Shown in pieces: positions 1 to 10,320 of a DNA stretch of 64,000 bases; positions within the stretch are counted from its first letter, which is position 1, and every line of letters begins with the position of its first letter. The stretch lies in NCBI GenBank assembly GCA_963827275.1, contig CAWHAA010000001.1:192001-256000 (forward strand). The letters run 5' to 3'. The stretch is from an uncultured Spirochaetota bacterium (GTDB taxonomy: Bacteria > Spirochaetota > UBA4802 > UBA5550). A program made the position numbers and the translations under genes. The notes beneath the pieces were generated by a model. The model worked only from the letters and a program-made list of their open reading frames with translations, had not been told where the DNA came from and made no database searches.

Positions 1-1307
1 AGCGTGGTCACCCACGAAAGCTTCCATTCCATGCTCCCGCTGATGGAGCCGTTGAACGTCTTGGTCCAGTTGGGCGTGCCGGGAGCGCCCCACGAGGCCT
101 TGTTCCTCCTCGACACGGGGCCGTAGATGCCGTAATAGACCTCGTACACGTTCAGGAGGCGGAGCCTGAGGGTGTAGTCCATCGAATCGGCCGTGGCCTG
201 GGCGACCACGTGTATGCTGATCTCTTTCACGGTGTAATCACCGGCGCCCCAGGACTGTTCGATGGTCAGCTTGCCGTTCACCATGTCGCCCTTCCGCTCG
301 ACGCCGTTCACCATCAGGCTGGATACACTGGGATCATACGGTTCAAGCGTCACCCTGACCGTGTTGTATCCGTACACCACGCAGGAATACCCGCCCACGT
401 TTTTATTGAACGCGTTCGTGTTGTCCGGGAAGAAGTTCCCGTCCTGGTCCTGGTATATCTGGCGGAGCGAATCGTTGTTGCCCATGGTCACCCTGATTGA
501 GGAGAGATACGGGTTATCGCCGGTGACCGCGGCCTTGGCGAGCCGCGATACCACGAAGGTATAGGTATTCAGCACGCCGGTGCTTGACTGCACCGTCACC
601 ACGACGTTCTGGGTATCGGTGGTATTATCGATGGTCAGCTCGTCGAGTATCACCAGCTCCTTTTCGCCCGAGGTTACGGCGACCCCGTCCAGCTTGAGGA
701 TGGTATAGCCGCTGACGAGGGTGGGTTTTACCTTTATATAATAGCTGTTCCAGGCGACGCGGAGCTGGTAGGCATTCGTGCCGGGCTCGAAAGCGGGCGA
801 CAGGGTGATCGCGGCGCCCGTGTCGGAAAAGACCTCGAAGTTCAGGAGGCGGTTCTCTTCAATGCCGTAATTGCGCGTAATGAAGATGGTGTAGGTCTTC
901 TGGGTCACCGTGTCCGGCGCCGTAACGATTACTTCAATCTCCCTGCTGTCCTCGCTCACGGTGATCGTCCGGGAGGAGCATTCCTTCGTATCTATCTGGA
1001 CCACCGACTCTTTATCATCGGCGACCGCCACAACGGTCACATCCGTCACCAGCGCTTCAATCGCGACATTGTAGGCGCTGGTCGCGGGGTCAAATACCGG
1101 GGTCAGAGCAACCGTTGTTGTTGCCCCGGTCGTTCCTTCGTGCGTGGTGACTTCAAGCATCTCGAGGTCTGTATTCGAGATCGCCCCGCTGTATGATGCG
1201 TTGGGGAGGAAAAGCAGACCCGTTTCTCCTATCCGGCAATTGTTGAAGGTTATACCGGTCAGGATTAGCGCAAGCAGAACAAAGGCCCTTTTAATAGAGT
1301 AGTGCAT
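1..1307 (-). CDS. Cadherin-like beta-sandwich repeat lipoprotein (partial; runs off the window start)
   Basis: Not in the ORF track; translated by hand from ATG 1307 (GGAGA RBS). MHYSIKRAFVLLALILTGITFNNC is a lipoprotein-like signal, followed by repeated cadherin-like units (LTPVFDPATSAYNV...VIVTAPD...KTYTIFITR; LSPAFEPGTNAYQL...NTYTFVVSR). Confidence 0.75.
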   Translation of the reverse strand, partial: MHYSIKRAFVLLALILTGITFNNCRIGETGLLFLPNASYSGAISNTDLEMLEVTTHEGTTGATTTVALTPVFDPATSAYNVAIEALVTDVTVVAVADDKESVVQIDTKECSSRTITVSEDSREIEVIVTAPDTVTQKTYTIFITRNYGIEENRLLNFEVFSDTGAAITLSPAFEPGTNAYQLRVAWNSYYIKVKPTLVSGYTILKLDGVAVTSGEKELVILDELTIDNTTDTQNVVVTVQSSTGVLNTYTFVVSRLAKAAVTGDNPYLSSIRVTMGNNDSLRQIYQDQDGNFFPDNTNAFNKNVGGYSCVVYGYNTVRVTLEPYDPSVSSLMVNGVERKGDMVNGKLTIEQSWGAGDYTVKEISIHVVAQATADSMDYTLRLRLLNVYEVYYGIYGPVSRRNKASWGAPGTPNWTKTFNGSISGSMEWKLSWVTT

Positions 1308-1724
1308 CGCTGTCGTCTCCTGGGCAAAAATTGTGTGTTTGTATGTTATTTTGTCGTGAAATTGCACTATTTCAGATAACCGTCCAGACGGTACCATTAA
1401 TAGTTCAAATGAAAACTTGGTTTAAAATAAAGTAATCATACATTATGTCATTTTTCCTATCAAAAGAAATCTAAATTAGAAATGACCAGTCTCATGGCCG
1501 GCAGCCAGGAGAATTTCAACCGGGTCGGAGAGACGCCGAAATGCCGCTATAGCCATCGTAGTCCACAAAAAATGGCTTTCCGGATAAAAAATACGGGATT
1601 CCCCGGCCCCCTAATATTATGTTTAAAACCAGTTAAAGGTTGAAAAAAATGTTCGATATCGATAGTATTGAAAAATCACGCGCGCTCGGCATCATTTGCG
1701 AGTAATCACCGTGCAGGGGAAAAC

Positions 1725-3419
1725 ATGAAGGCCATTTTTCTGACAGATATCCACGGATCGTTCAACCAGACGGCGTCCCTGCTCTATGAAACAGTCGCCG
1801 ATGTATATATCATCGGCGGCGACCTGATCGACATCCCCTTTTACAGCATCAATACCGCGATCCAGTACCATGACATCCAGACCTTTCTGCACAGCCTCAG
1901 GAAAAAAATGAAACGGGACGGCGTGATACTCGAAGACTTCGTCGACGAGCTCCTGGATTCCCCCGATGCGCCCGAAGACATCATAGACAAGGGAAGCGAT
2001 TACCAGCAGCTCACCATCCGGGCGCGCCGGGTGATGCAGCAGAAGTACAAGGTGCTGGAAAACATGATCTCCTTCAAAACGTCCGCATCGGTCTTCGCGC
2101 TCCCCGGCAACTACGACATGGACCTGAAATACACCGCCCTGCACGAGCGGGACCTGCACCTCCAGTGGCACAACATCAACGGCCTCAAGCTCGCGGGGTA
2201 CGGCGGCGCGGACGTCTGGACCGCGGGCATCCCCGAGCGGTACATCGTGAGATACCGCGCCGGCATCGGCGTGAACGACCACAACAACGAGATGTGGACG
2301 TTCTTCAAGGCGGTGAAGCCGGACATCATCGTATCGCACCAGCCGCCCCACGGGATACATGACCGGATCTGGCACATCGGCCCGTCGGGGTCGCCGGCGC
2401 TCCGCGCCTTCTGTGAAAACAATCCCGTGAAGCTCTGCCTGAGCGGCCACGTGCACAACGACTGGGGGTTCAAGGCGGTCGAAGGCTGTATCTATTTGAA
2501 CCCGTCCAATTTCGGGGAGGTCACCACGATACAGGGGGAGGTGTCGGAAGGCGGTTTCTTCTTCCAGATCGAATTCGACAATGCCGTGCCGGAGAAAATC
2601 ACCCTGAAAAAACTCGTGAACGACCAGCATATCCATGACATCGCGGAATACCACAAGAAAGACGGCAGGTGGGTCGAGGACATCATAGACCAGGAGCGGC
2701 TCCAGGCGCGCCGCCTGGGCGAAAACTACGACCAGAAGATCCAGAAATACTCGCACATCCCGGAGATAGAGCTCTTCAAGGACATAAAGAATTTTTTCCG
2801 CATGTTCCGCACGCAGGAGACGGAGGAACGGCTCGATGAGCTTGACCACGCGGTGGCGCTTTTGAAGGACAGGTTCGACGACATCGCCATGGACATCGTG
2901 GGCTCGGTGAACATGGGGATTTCGCAGAAGAGCTCGGATATCGACGTGGTGCTCTACGTGCGGTGCGGGCGCGACTGCAAGGACATGTACGCGCAGTGCG
3001 ACTACTACAAGAGCGCCCTCGCCCTCCTCGAAACGATCATCGGCGACAAGTACAAGTTCGAGATCATCGACTGCATCGACCTGAACGTCGTGGAGCGGAG
3101 CATCATCACGAAAAACTACGAATGCGAGGTGACCCAGCGCTTCGTGGCATACCGCTCCATATGCCGCCCGGTGAACTACAAGGCGATCGCTCCCATCGAG
3201 GACATTTTGAACGAGGACATCGAGTTCCGGCGGGAGATGGAGGGGAGCATCCGTTCATACTTCCGGATATTCGCGAACACCTCGATGCACATGCGCTCGT
3301 TCGACAAGTACGAGTCGCGGCTTAAATCGATCGGCATCAAGCTGCCCGAGTCGATCCGCGACAAGATACGCGAATACCTGCAGGTAACGCAGAGCGACGA
3401 CGACCGCCTGAACTGGTAA
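1725..3419 (+). CDS. Calcineurin-like metallophosphoesterase fused to a C-terminal Pol-beta-type nucleotidyltransferase domain
   Basis: Phosphoesterase motifs TDIHG, GGDLID, PGNYD, SHQPP, SGHVH. C-terminal IVGSVNMG...SDIDVV...IIDCID fits the hG[GS]x9-13DhD NTase signature. ATG 1725 follows a GGGGA RBS. Confidence 0.8.
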   Translation: MKAIFLTDIHGSFNQTASLLYETVADVYIIGGDLIDIPFYSINTAIQYHDIQTFLHSLRKKMKRDGVILEDFVDELLDSPDAPEDIIDKGSDYQQLTIRARRVMQQKYKVLENMISFKTSASVFALPGNYDMDLKYTALHERDLHLQWHNINGLKLAGYGGADVWTAGIPERYIVRYRAGIGVNDHNNEMWTFFKAVKPDIIVSHQPPHGIHDRIWHIGPSGSPALRAFCENNPVKLCLSGHVHNDWGFKAVEGCIYLNPSNFGEVTTIQGEVSEGGFFFQIEFDNAVPEKITLKKLVNDQHIHDIAEYHKKDGRWVEDIIDQERLQARRLGENYDQKIQKYSHIPEIELFKDIKNFFRMFRTQETEERLDELDHAVALLKDRFDDIAMDIVGSVNMGISQKSSDIDVVLYVRCGRDCKDMYAQCDYYKSALALLETIIGDKYKFEIIDCIDLNVVERSIITKNYECEVTQRFVAYRSICRPVNYKAIAPIEDILNEDIEFRREMEGSIRSYFRIFANTSMHMRSFDKYESRLKSIGIKLPESIRDKIREYLQVTQSDDDRLNW

Positions 3420-3557
3420 CCGGAACGTCGCATCAATAATTCTCCATTATGCGCGGCGGGTTCATCAGCGAGGCCGCTCACGGACATCCTGTCCTTCGCG
3501 GCACTCCTGCCATCCTGGCAGTCGCAGCGACAAATCGGAATCCTCTCCCGCCGAGTC

Positions 3558-3595
3558 AATCCCGATTCATTAAAAAGATAAATGAAATCGGGATT
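3558..3595. terminator. Hairpin between convergent genes, possible bidirectional terminator
   Basis: AATCCCGATTCATT...AATGAAATCGGGATT inverted repeat between the phosphoesterase gene and lysA. Confidence 0.45.
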
Positions 3596-3667
3596 ATACG
3601 AGGCGGACGAGCGATGAACCCCCGTGCGTGCCGGAATGAAATAATAAAAAACCCGTTTGGAGATACG

Positions 3668-4918
3668 CTAGATGCGTGAAAAGTCGAGGGTGGCGAAATA
3701 GTCGTCGAGCGTCTCCGCCCGCCGGATCATCACCACCGAGCCGTCGGGCCGGAGCAGCAGCTCGGCCGAACGGAGCTTCCCGTTGTAGTTGAAGCCCATG
3801 GCGTGCCCGTGCGCCCCCGCGTCGTGGATCACCAGGAGGTCGCCGATCTCGATCTCCGGCAGGTGCCGGTCGATGGCGAACTTGTCGTTGTTCTCGCACA
3901 GGGAGCCGGTCACGTCGTAGGTGTGGTCGCTCGGCCGGTCCTCCTTCCCGAGCACGGTGATATGATGGTAGGCGCCGTACAGGGCGGGGCGCATGAGGTT
4001 CGCCATGCAGGCATCCAGGCCGATATAGTTCTTGTAGATGTTCTTCCGGTGGATGGCCCGGGCGACCAGGTACCCGTAGGGGCCGGTGATCATCCTGCCG
4101 CTCTCCATCACGATGTTGAGCGGGTGCATCCCCGCGGCCCGTATCGTGCCGTCGTACCGCTCCCTGATTTTTCCTGAAACGTATTCGAGGTCGATCGCCA
4201 TGTCCTCCGGCCGGTAGGGAATGCCGAACCCTCCGCCAAGGTTCACAAACTCAAAGCGGATCCCGAGCTCACGGTAGAGTTCGACCACAAGGTTGAACAG
4301 CATGTCCGCGGTATCCACGAAATAATCAGGGTCAAGCTCGTTTGAGGCGACCATGGTGTGGAGGCCGAACCGCCGCACCCCCCTGTCGCGCACGGCGCGA
4401 TACCCCTCGAAAAGCTGCGGCCTCGTGAAGCCGTACTTCGCGTCCTCCGGGTGGCCGATGATATGGTTGCCCCCCCGCAGGGGGCCGGGGTTGTAGCGAA
4501 AGGAGATGACGTCGGGAAGGCCGGCGCAGCGCTCGAGGAACGGGATATGGCTGATATCATCGAGGTTGATGATCGCGCCCAGCGCGCGCGCCTTCACATA
4601 CTCGGCAGCGGGCGTGTCGTTGGAGCTGAAAAATATGCTCTCGCCGACGATCCCCACGCGCTCCGCAAGGGCCAGCTCCGCCATTGAACTGCAGTCCGAT
4701 CCGAAGCCTTCCTCTTTCAGGATTTTCATTATATACGGGTTCGGGCAGGCCTTGACGGCGAAATACTCCCTGAAGCCCGGCGCCCACGAGAAGGCCTTCA
4801 CAAGCCGCCGCGCGTTTTGCCTGATACCCGCCTCATCATAGAGATGAAATGGCGTCGGATAGGTTCCGGCGATATGTTCAATCTGTTCCCTCGAAAAAGG
4901 GAGTCTTTTTCCGTCCAT
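3668..4918 (-). CDS. lysA: Diaminopimelate decarboxylase
   Basis: YPTPFHLYDE, FAVKACPN (PLP lysine), NLGGGFGIPY, ESGR, GSLCENNDKF, GAHGHAMGFNYNGK. Confidence 0.93.
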   Translation of the reverse strand: MDGKRLPFSREQIEHIAGTYPTPFHLYDEAGIRQNARRLVKAFSWAPGFREYFAVKACPNPYIMKILKEEGFGSDCSSMAELALAERVGIVGESIFFSSNDTPAAEYVKARALGAIINLDDISHIPFLERCAGLPDVISFRYNPGPLRGGNHIIGHPEDAKYGFTRPQLFEGYRAVRDRGVRRFGLHTMVASNELDPDYFVDTADMLFNLVVELYRELGIRFEFVNLGGGFGIPYRPEDMAIDLEYVSGKIRERYDGTIRAAGMHPLNIVMESGRMITGPYGYLVARAIHRKNIYKNYIGLDACMANLMRPALYGAYHHITVLGKEDRPSDHTYDVTGSLCENNDKFAIDRHLPEIEIGDLLVIHDAGAHGHAMGFNYNGKLRSAELLLRPDGSVVMIRRAETLDDYFATLDFSRI

Positions 4919-5140
4919 GGATCAATCCACCTGAATTATTCTGGTTTACCCGGAGAATATACTAGCTACTTCCACGACCGGCGTGTCAAGAATTTATTCC
5001 CGTGCCGGCGCCGGGCCGGTTGCCACGAGTTTTTTTCAGCACTGATAAATTTTTAATGACAAATTTATTACCATCGGGTACTATTTTTATACAGCCTGTT
5101 TTCACCACAATCTTTAAAAAAATCCGACGTAAAGGGTATT

Positions 5141-6712
5141 ATGACGGACAAACAATCAAACACACTCGCCAAAAAGCAGCCTAAGGCCGAAAGCCAGAAT
5201 AAATCTGATGTATTTACCGATATTATAATAGAAAATAATAAGCGCCTGCTCATTGCTTTTATAATAATTGCAGTTATCGCAAACGTGGCGGTCACCGCCA
5301 TCAAGGCGGCGGGTATCGGCTCCCAATACCTGGAATACGAGCATATCTTAATCGAGGCGGCCATCGTATTGATAACGCTTTCCGCCTCCTACTTCGTATC
5401 AAACAGGTTCAGGGGCAGGATCGCTTCAGGCTATATCCTGATAACAGGCGTGATTATCTGCATCTCCGTGTTTGAATACGCTTTTCACGGCTCAAAACAG
5501 CTCTTCGCGACACGGTATATACCGCTCGCGCTCAGCATCTTTTACTTCAATCCCCCGGTCACCATCTACACGCTGGTACTGGTCATTATTTCCCAGGCCG
5601 TGGTATTGATCATCAATCCCGAGTTGCGCCTGCCGCCCCCCTATTCGGACACCGCGGTGCGGTTCATCCTGTACGGATCATCCGGTATCGGCGCGTATTT
5701 CGGGGCCAGCGCGACAAAGCGCCTTCTCAATTTCGCGATCAGCCAGCACGGTGAAGCGGAAGGGAGCCTGGGCAACCTCCGCAGCATGGCCATGGCGGTC
5801 ATACAATCCATGAATATCATGAAAAAAGAGACCTCCGAGCACGAGCTCATAACGAAGGAGATGAACGAAATATCCCAGCACCAGGCCGCGTCGCTGGAAG
5901 AGATCACCACCGCGCTCGAGCAGCTCGCCTCCAACTCCAACTCCATCAGCGACATAGCCCGGTCGCTCTACGAGGAGCTCGACATCACCGTCGAATCGGT
6001 GAACGACCTCAAGGCGGTCAACGACAAGGTGCAGGAGAGCTCGACGGAGATGAACCGCGCCCTGCATGAAGTGACCACGCACTCGGGGAGCACGGCGGAC
6101 CAGATCCGCCTCACCGAGGAGAAGTTCAACACCGTCAAAGAAAAATCGAGAGATATGGCGAACTTCGTGCAGATCATCAACGATATCGCCGACAAGGTCA
6201 ACCTCCTCTCCCTCAACGCCGCGATCGAAGCGGCGCGCGCCGGGGAATACGGCAGGGGCTTCGCGGTCGTCGCGGACGAGATATCGAAGCTGGCGGAGGC
6301 GACGACGCTGAACTCCAAGGAGATCGAGAACATCATCAAGGAAAACCTGAAGCTCATCGACGAAAGCGGCAGCCTTATCAACCTGTCGGTCGGGACGATG
6401 AACAAGCTGAACGAGGCGATCCTTTCGATCAAGGTGGAGGTAACAGAGGTAGGCAACCTGATCAACGATATCGGGGTCACCATCAAGACGATAAAGAACC
6501 TGAACGTCAAGATCCACGAATCGAGCAAGACCATCGAAAATTCGACGTCCGAGCAGAAGATCGCGACCGACGAATCGACCAGGACGGCGTTCGATATAGC
6601 GCAGAAATCACAGGAGATCGTCAACATCGCGATCAACCTTTCCCGCTCCTCCAGCACCATAAAAGAAATCACCGCGGAGCTTGACAGGGTCACGAAGGAG
6701 ATGGTGAAGTAG
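5141..6712 (+). CDS. Methyl-accepting chemotaxis protein with multi-TM sensor
   Basis: About six hydrophobic N-terminal segments; signalling hairpin [32 protein letters not shown]. Confidence 0.92.
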   Translation: MTDKQSNTLAKKQPKAESQNKSDVFTDIIIENNKRLLIAFIIIAVIANVAVTAIKAAGIGSQYLEYEHILIEAAIVLITLSASYFVSNRFRGRIASGYILITGVIICISVFEYAFHGSKQLFATRYIPLALSIFYFNPPVTIYTLVLVIISQAVVLIINPELRLPPPYSDTAVRFILYGSSGIGAYFGASATKRLLNFAISQHGEAEGSLGNLRSMAMAVIQSMNIMKKETSEHELITKEMNEISQHQAASLEEITTALEQLASNSNSISDIARSLYEELDITVESVNDLKAVNDKVQESSTEMNRALHEVTTHSGSTADQIRLTEEKFNTVKEKSRDMANFVQIINDIADKVNLLSLNAAIEAARAGEYGRGFAVVADEISKLAEATTLNSKEIENIIKENLKLIDESGSLINLSVGTMNKLNEAILSIKVEVTEVGNLINDIGVTIKTIKNLNVKIHESSKTIENSTSEQKIATDESTRTAFDIAQKSQEIVNIAINLSRSSSTIKEITAELDRVTKEMVK

Positions 6713-6749
6713 CCGGGGTCACGTTGCCCCGGCCTGCCACGCCCGGCCC

Positions 6750-9161
6750 TTACCTGAAGCGCTTCAGCAGCAGCGAGTTTGCCACCACCGACACCGAGCT
6801 CATCGCCATCGCCGCGCCGGCTATGACCGGCGAGAGCACCCCCGACGCGGCAAAGGGAATGCCGATGCAGTTATACACGAAGGCCCAGAAGAAGTTCTGC
6901 CGTATCGTGCGTATGGTTCTTTTCGAAAGCCTGATGGCGGCCGCGACGCCCGCGGGATCGCCGCTCATCACGGTGACGTCGGCCGACTCCATGGCGATGT
7001 CGGTGCCGGTCCCCATCGCGATGCCCGTATCGGCCGCCGCAAGGGCCGGCGCGTCGTTTATGCCGTCTCCCACCATGGCCACCACCGCGCCGCCGCTCCG
7101 GAGCCGGCGAACGAAATCAGCCTTGCCGCCGGGGAGCACGCCGGCCATGACCTTTCCGGGGTCGATGCCGGCGCGGGCGGCCATGAACTCCGCCGTCCGG
7201 CGGTTGTCACCGGTCACCAGGTACACGTCAATCCCCATGCCGGCCAGGTCCGCCACGGCGCGCGCCGATGTCTCCCGGATTGAATCCGCCACGGCAATCA
7301 CGCCGGAGACCGAACCGGCCGCCGCGACGATGACCGCGGTCTTTCCCTGCCCCTCCAGCGCGTCGAGCGCCCCGGCGCAGGATGAAATGTCAACGCCCTT
7401 TTCCTTCATGAAGGCGGGCGTGCCGGCCAGCAGCTCGACACCGCCGGAGAGGGCGCTGACGCCCTTGCCCGGCTCCGATGAAAAGGCGCCGGGGTCATCC
7501 ACGGCGCCGGCCGCCATCGCGCGCTCGACGATGGCCCGCGCCACCGGGTGCTCCGATTTTTTCTCCGCGATGCCCGCAAGGCGGACCAGGTCGTTTTCAC
7601 TTCCGCCCCCGGCGGGAACGATATCAGTGACCGAAAGCTCACCGGTGGTAAGGGTCCCCGTCTTGTCCAGCACCACGGCCGACGTCCGGTAGGCGGCTTC
7701 CAGCGCCTGGCCGCTCTTGAACAGGATCCCCATCTCCGCGCCGCGGCCGGTGCCGACCATTACCGCCGTCGGCGTCGCGAGCCCCATGGCGCAGGGGCAG
7801 GCGATCACCAGCACCGCCACTGCGCTCACGATCGCCATGGACAGGTCCCCGGTGGCGAAGAGCCACGCGCCGAAGGTCAGAGCCGCGATCCCCAGCACCA
7901 CGGGCACGAACACCGCCGCGACGCGGTCGGCAAACCGCTGGATGGGGGGCTTTCCCGCCTGTGCCTCCTCGACGGTGCGGATGATCTGCGCCAGGACCGT
8001 GTCGCGCCCCACCCGCTCCGCGCGGAAGGTTATCGTGCCGAAGCGGTTGATGGTGGCGCCCGTGACCGGGTCTCCCGGCCCCTTGTCCGCCGGAACACTC
8101 TCGCCGGTTATCATGCTTTCGTCAACCGATGAAGCGCCGCTGAGCACGCGGCCGTCAACGGGGACCTTCTCGCCCGGCCGCACCACCACCGTGTCGCCCG
8201 GCGCCACGTCCGCGGCGGGGACGGAAAGCTCCCTCCCCTCCCGCACAATCGTCGCGGTAGCGGGCCGCAGCTCCATCAGCTTTTTAATGGCCTCCGAGGT
8301 CCGCCCCTTGGCGCGGGCCTCGAAGAACTTGCCCAGGAGCACCAGGGTGATGACCACGGCCGAGGCCTCGAAATAGAGGCCGCCCGCCCCGCCCGGCGCC
8401 GCCGGGAGAAAAAATGCGTTGTACACGCTGTACCCGTATGCCGCGCTGGTGCCCAGCGCGACCAGGAGATCCATTCCCGGGCTGCCGCCCCGCACGCCCA
8501 GGTAGGCGTTCCGGTAAAATCGCCAGCCGATGATGAACTGCACCGGCGTGGCCAGGGCGAACTGCAGCAGGGGATCATGGAGCATCGGGAAATGGATATC
8601 GAGCAGCATGAACGCCATCGACAGGAGGAGGGGCGCGCTCAGGACGGCCGAGACCGACACCAGTGCGCCGAGCCTGCGGATTTCGCGCCGCTTCAGCTCC
8701 GCTCCCCGGTCCGGCCGCGCTTCCTCCACCTTCTCTGCGTCATATCCCGCGCCGCGTATCGCGCCGATGATCTCATAGGACTTGATCTTCAGCGGGTCAT
8801 ACCGCACGCGTCCCCGCTCGGTGCCGAGGTTCACCGAGGCATCGATGATCCCGTCCCTTTTTTTCAACGCCGTTTCGATGCGCGCCGCGCAGGCCGCGCA
8901 GGACATGCCGCTTATGAGAAGGTCGAGCGTGGCGTCCGTCTCCTGCTCCTCTATCACGGCGCCGTAACCCGCTTTCTCGACCGCCGCCACGATGTCTTCG
9001 GGGCCAAGCACCGCGTCATCGTACCGCACCCGTGCGGTTTCCAGCGCCAGGTTCACGCTCGCCTCTGCCACGCCCTCGATTTTTGAAAGGGACTTTTCTA
9101 TCCGCGCCGAGCAGGCGGCACAGGACATTCCGGATATGCGGAGATTCTTTATTGTTTCCAT
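6750..9161 (-). CDS. copA: Copper-translocating P1B-type ATPase
   Basis: Two GMSCAAC HMA domains, [27 protein letters not shown] and MxxSS motifs. Confidence 0.95.
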   Translation of the reverse strand: METIKNLRISGMSCAACSARIEKSLSKIEGVAEASVNLALETARVRYDDAVLGPEDIVAAVEKAGYGAVIEEQETDATLDLLISGMSCAACAARIETALKKRDGIIDASVNLGTERGRVRYDPLKIKSYEIIGAIRGAGYDAEKVEEARPDRGAELKRREIRRLGALVSVSAVLSAPLLLSMAFMLLDIHFPMLHDPLLQFALATPVQFIIGWRFYRNAYLGVRGGSPGMDLLVALGTSAAYGYSVYNAFFLPAAPGGAGGLYFEASAVVITLVLLGKFFEARAKGRTSEAIKKLMELRPATATIVREGRELSVPAADVAPGDTVVVRPGEKVPVDGRVLSGASSVDESMITGESVPADKGPGDPVTGATINRFGTITFRAERVGRDTVLAQIIRTVEEAQAGKPPIQRFADRVAAVFVPVVLGIAALTFGAWLFATGDLSMAIVSAVAVLVIACPCAMGLATPTAVMVGTGRGAEMGILFKSGQALEAAYRTSAVVLDKTGTLTTGELSVTDIVPAGGGSENDLVRLAGIAEKKSEHPVARAIVERAMAAGAVDDPGAFSSEPGKGVSALSGGVELLAGTPAFMKEKGVDISSCAGALDALEGQGKTAVIVAAAGSVSGVIAVADSIRETSARAVADLAGMGIDVYLVTGDNRRTAEFMAARAGIDPGKVMAGVLPGGKADFVRRLRSGGAVVAMVGDGINDAPALAAADTGIAMGTGTDIAMESADVTVMSGDPAGVAAAIRLSKRTIRTIRQNFFWAFVYNCIGIPFAASGVLSPVIAGAAMAMSSVSVVANSLLLKRFR

Positions 9162-9331
9162 GACGGCACCTTGTTCAGTTAGGATCGGTCCGTATCATAT
9201 TGTTACGCAAGTGGATGGATTGCAACCAACTTACCGGCCGGCCGGATAAAAAGAAGATTGAATTTTTACGCGCTTCATACTACGATGTGCAACACACCAC
9301 TCAACGAAATCCTGGGGGAGGGATATCATCC

Positions 9332-10204
9332 ATGAAGACCATTATCCGGACAATGCTCATCCTGACGGCCATTGCTGCCGGCGCCACCAGCGCTACAGCG
9401 AAAGAGAGCAAGGAAAAGCTGTATTACATTATGAATTACACCGTTTCCAGCAGCAACGCGGAGATAGAGCTGAACGGCGTACAGATCACCAGGTCCGAGA
9501 AGGAGACCGGGTATTCGGTATCGGGCTCCGCCGATGTCGGCGTATGGATCCATCCCGGGGTCAACACGATCACGGTGACGATCAGGCCGGTTGAAAAAAA
9601 GACGGAATCGGCGTTCAAACCGTCGGTCGAGATCGCCATGTCCACGGCACGGGAAGGCCAGATGAGCGACGAAGGGAAAAAATTCATGACGCTCAGCCTG
9701 CCGGAAAAGGAGGCCGACGGATCGGCCGCCACCGCCGCATCACCGCTGGTGAGAAAAAAGACCTTTACCCCTTCGTACCTTCCCCCGTCCGAGCTCTGGG
9801 ATAAAATCAGGCCCGTCACGCTGGACGAAAACGCGCGCAAGCAGATCATACAGCTCGTGAAGGAGTACCACGCGGCGTTCGCCAGGAAGGACGCAGGGGC
9901 CCTGTATTCCTTCCTGCTCTTCGCGTCCTCCGACATGGCGCGCATCAGGCACCAGCCCGCGGACGAAGTCAAAAACACCATGAAAGACGCGCTCAGGGAG
10001 ATGGTTGCCGAGAAGGGTTTTGCCATGGAGCCGCTGAACGCAGGGTCGCTGGTGCTGAAGCCGGTGGTGGACAGCTCTATCATCTGGGTATGCGACAGGT
10101 CAGGCGAGCACCCGGTGCGCACGAAGAAAAGCCCTGACGGCGGTGTCATGAGCTTCCCGGTGTACGTGTCGCTGATTGACGGGAAATGGATTATCGTGCG
10201 GTAG
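9332..10204 (+). CDS. Secreted hypothetical protein
   Basis: Signal peptide MKTIIRTMLILTAIAAGATSATA and a GGAGG RBS. No family recognised. Confidence 0.7.
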   Translation: MKTIIRTMLILTAIAAGATSATAKESKEKLYYIMNYTVSSSNAEIELNGVQITRSEKETGYSVSGSADVGVWIHPGVNTITVTIRPVEKKTESAFKPSVEIAMSTAREGQMSDEGKKFMTLSLPEKEADGSAATAASPLVRKKTFTPSYLPPSELWDKIRPVTLDENARKQIIQLVKEYHAAFARKDAGALYSFLLFASSDMARIRHQPADEVKNTMKDALREMVAEKGFAMEPLNAGSLVLKPVVDSSIIWVCDRSGEHPVRTKKSPDGGVMSFPVYVSLIDGKWIIVR

Positions 10205-10320
10205 CACGGTGATGTATAAGGGAGGGGTGGCCACATTTGATAAGAAACAGGTACGGATAAACCGCATTGTGTCCCCGGGGCCTGTACTGGATGGGGCGTA
10301 ATTTACCAGATATTAATTGC

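Noticed and set aside
1490..1560. GGAGAGA...CCGAA as a glycine riboswitch
   Set aside because: Lacks the CTCTCAGG and other conserved aptamer elements, and the gene context is unrelated.
1725..3419. NTase as part of a CBASS or MNT-HEPN defence locus
   Set aside because: No adjacent effector, Cap or HEPN gene; neighbours are lysA and a surface protein, and codon usage is host-like.
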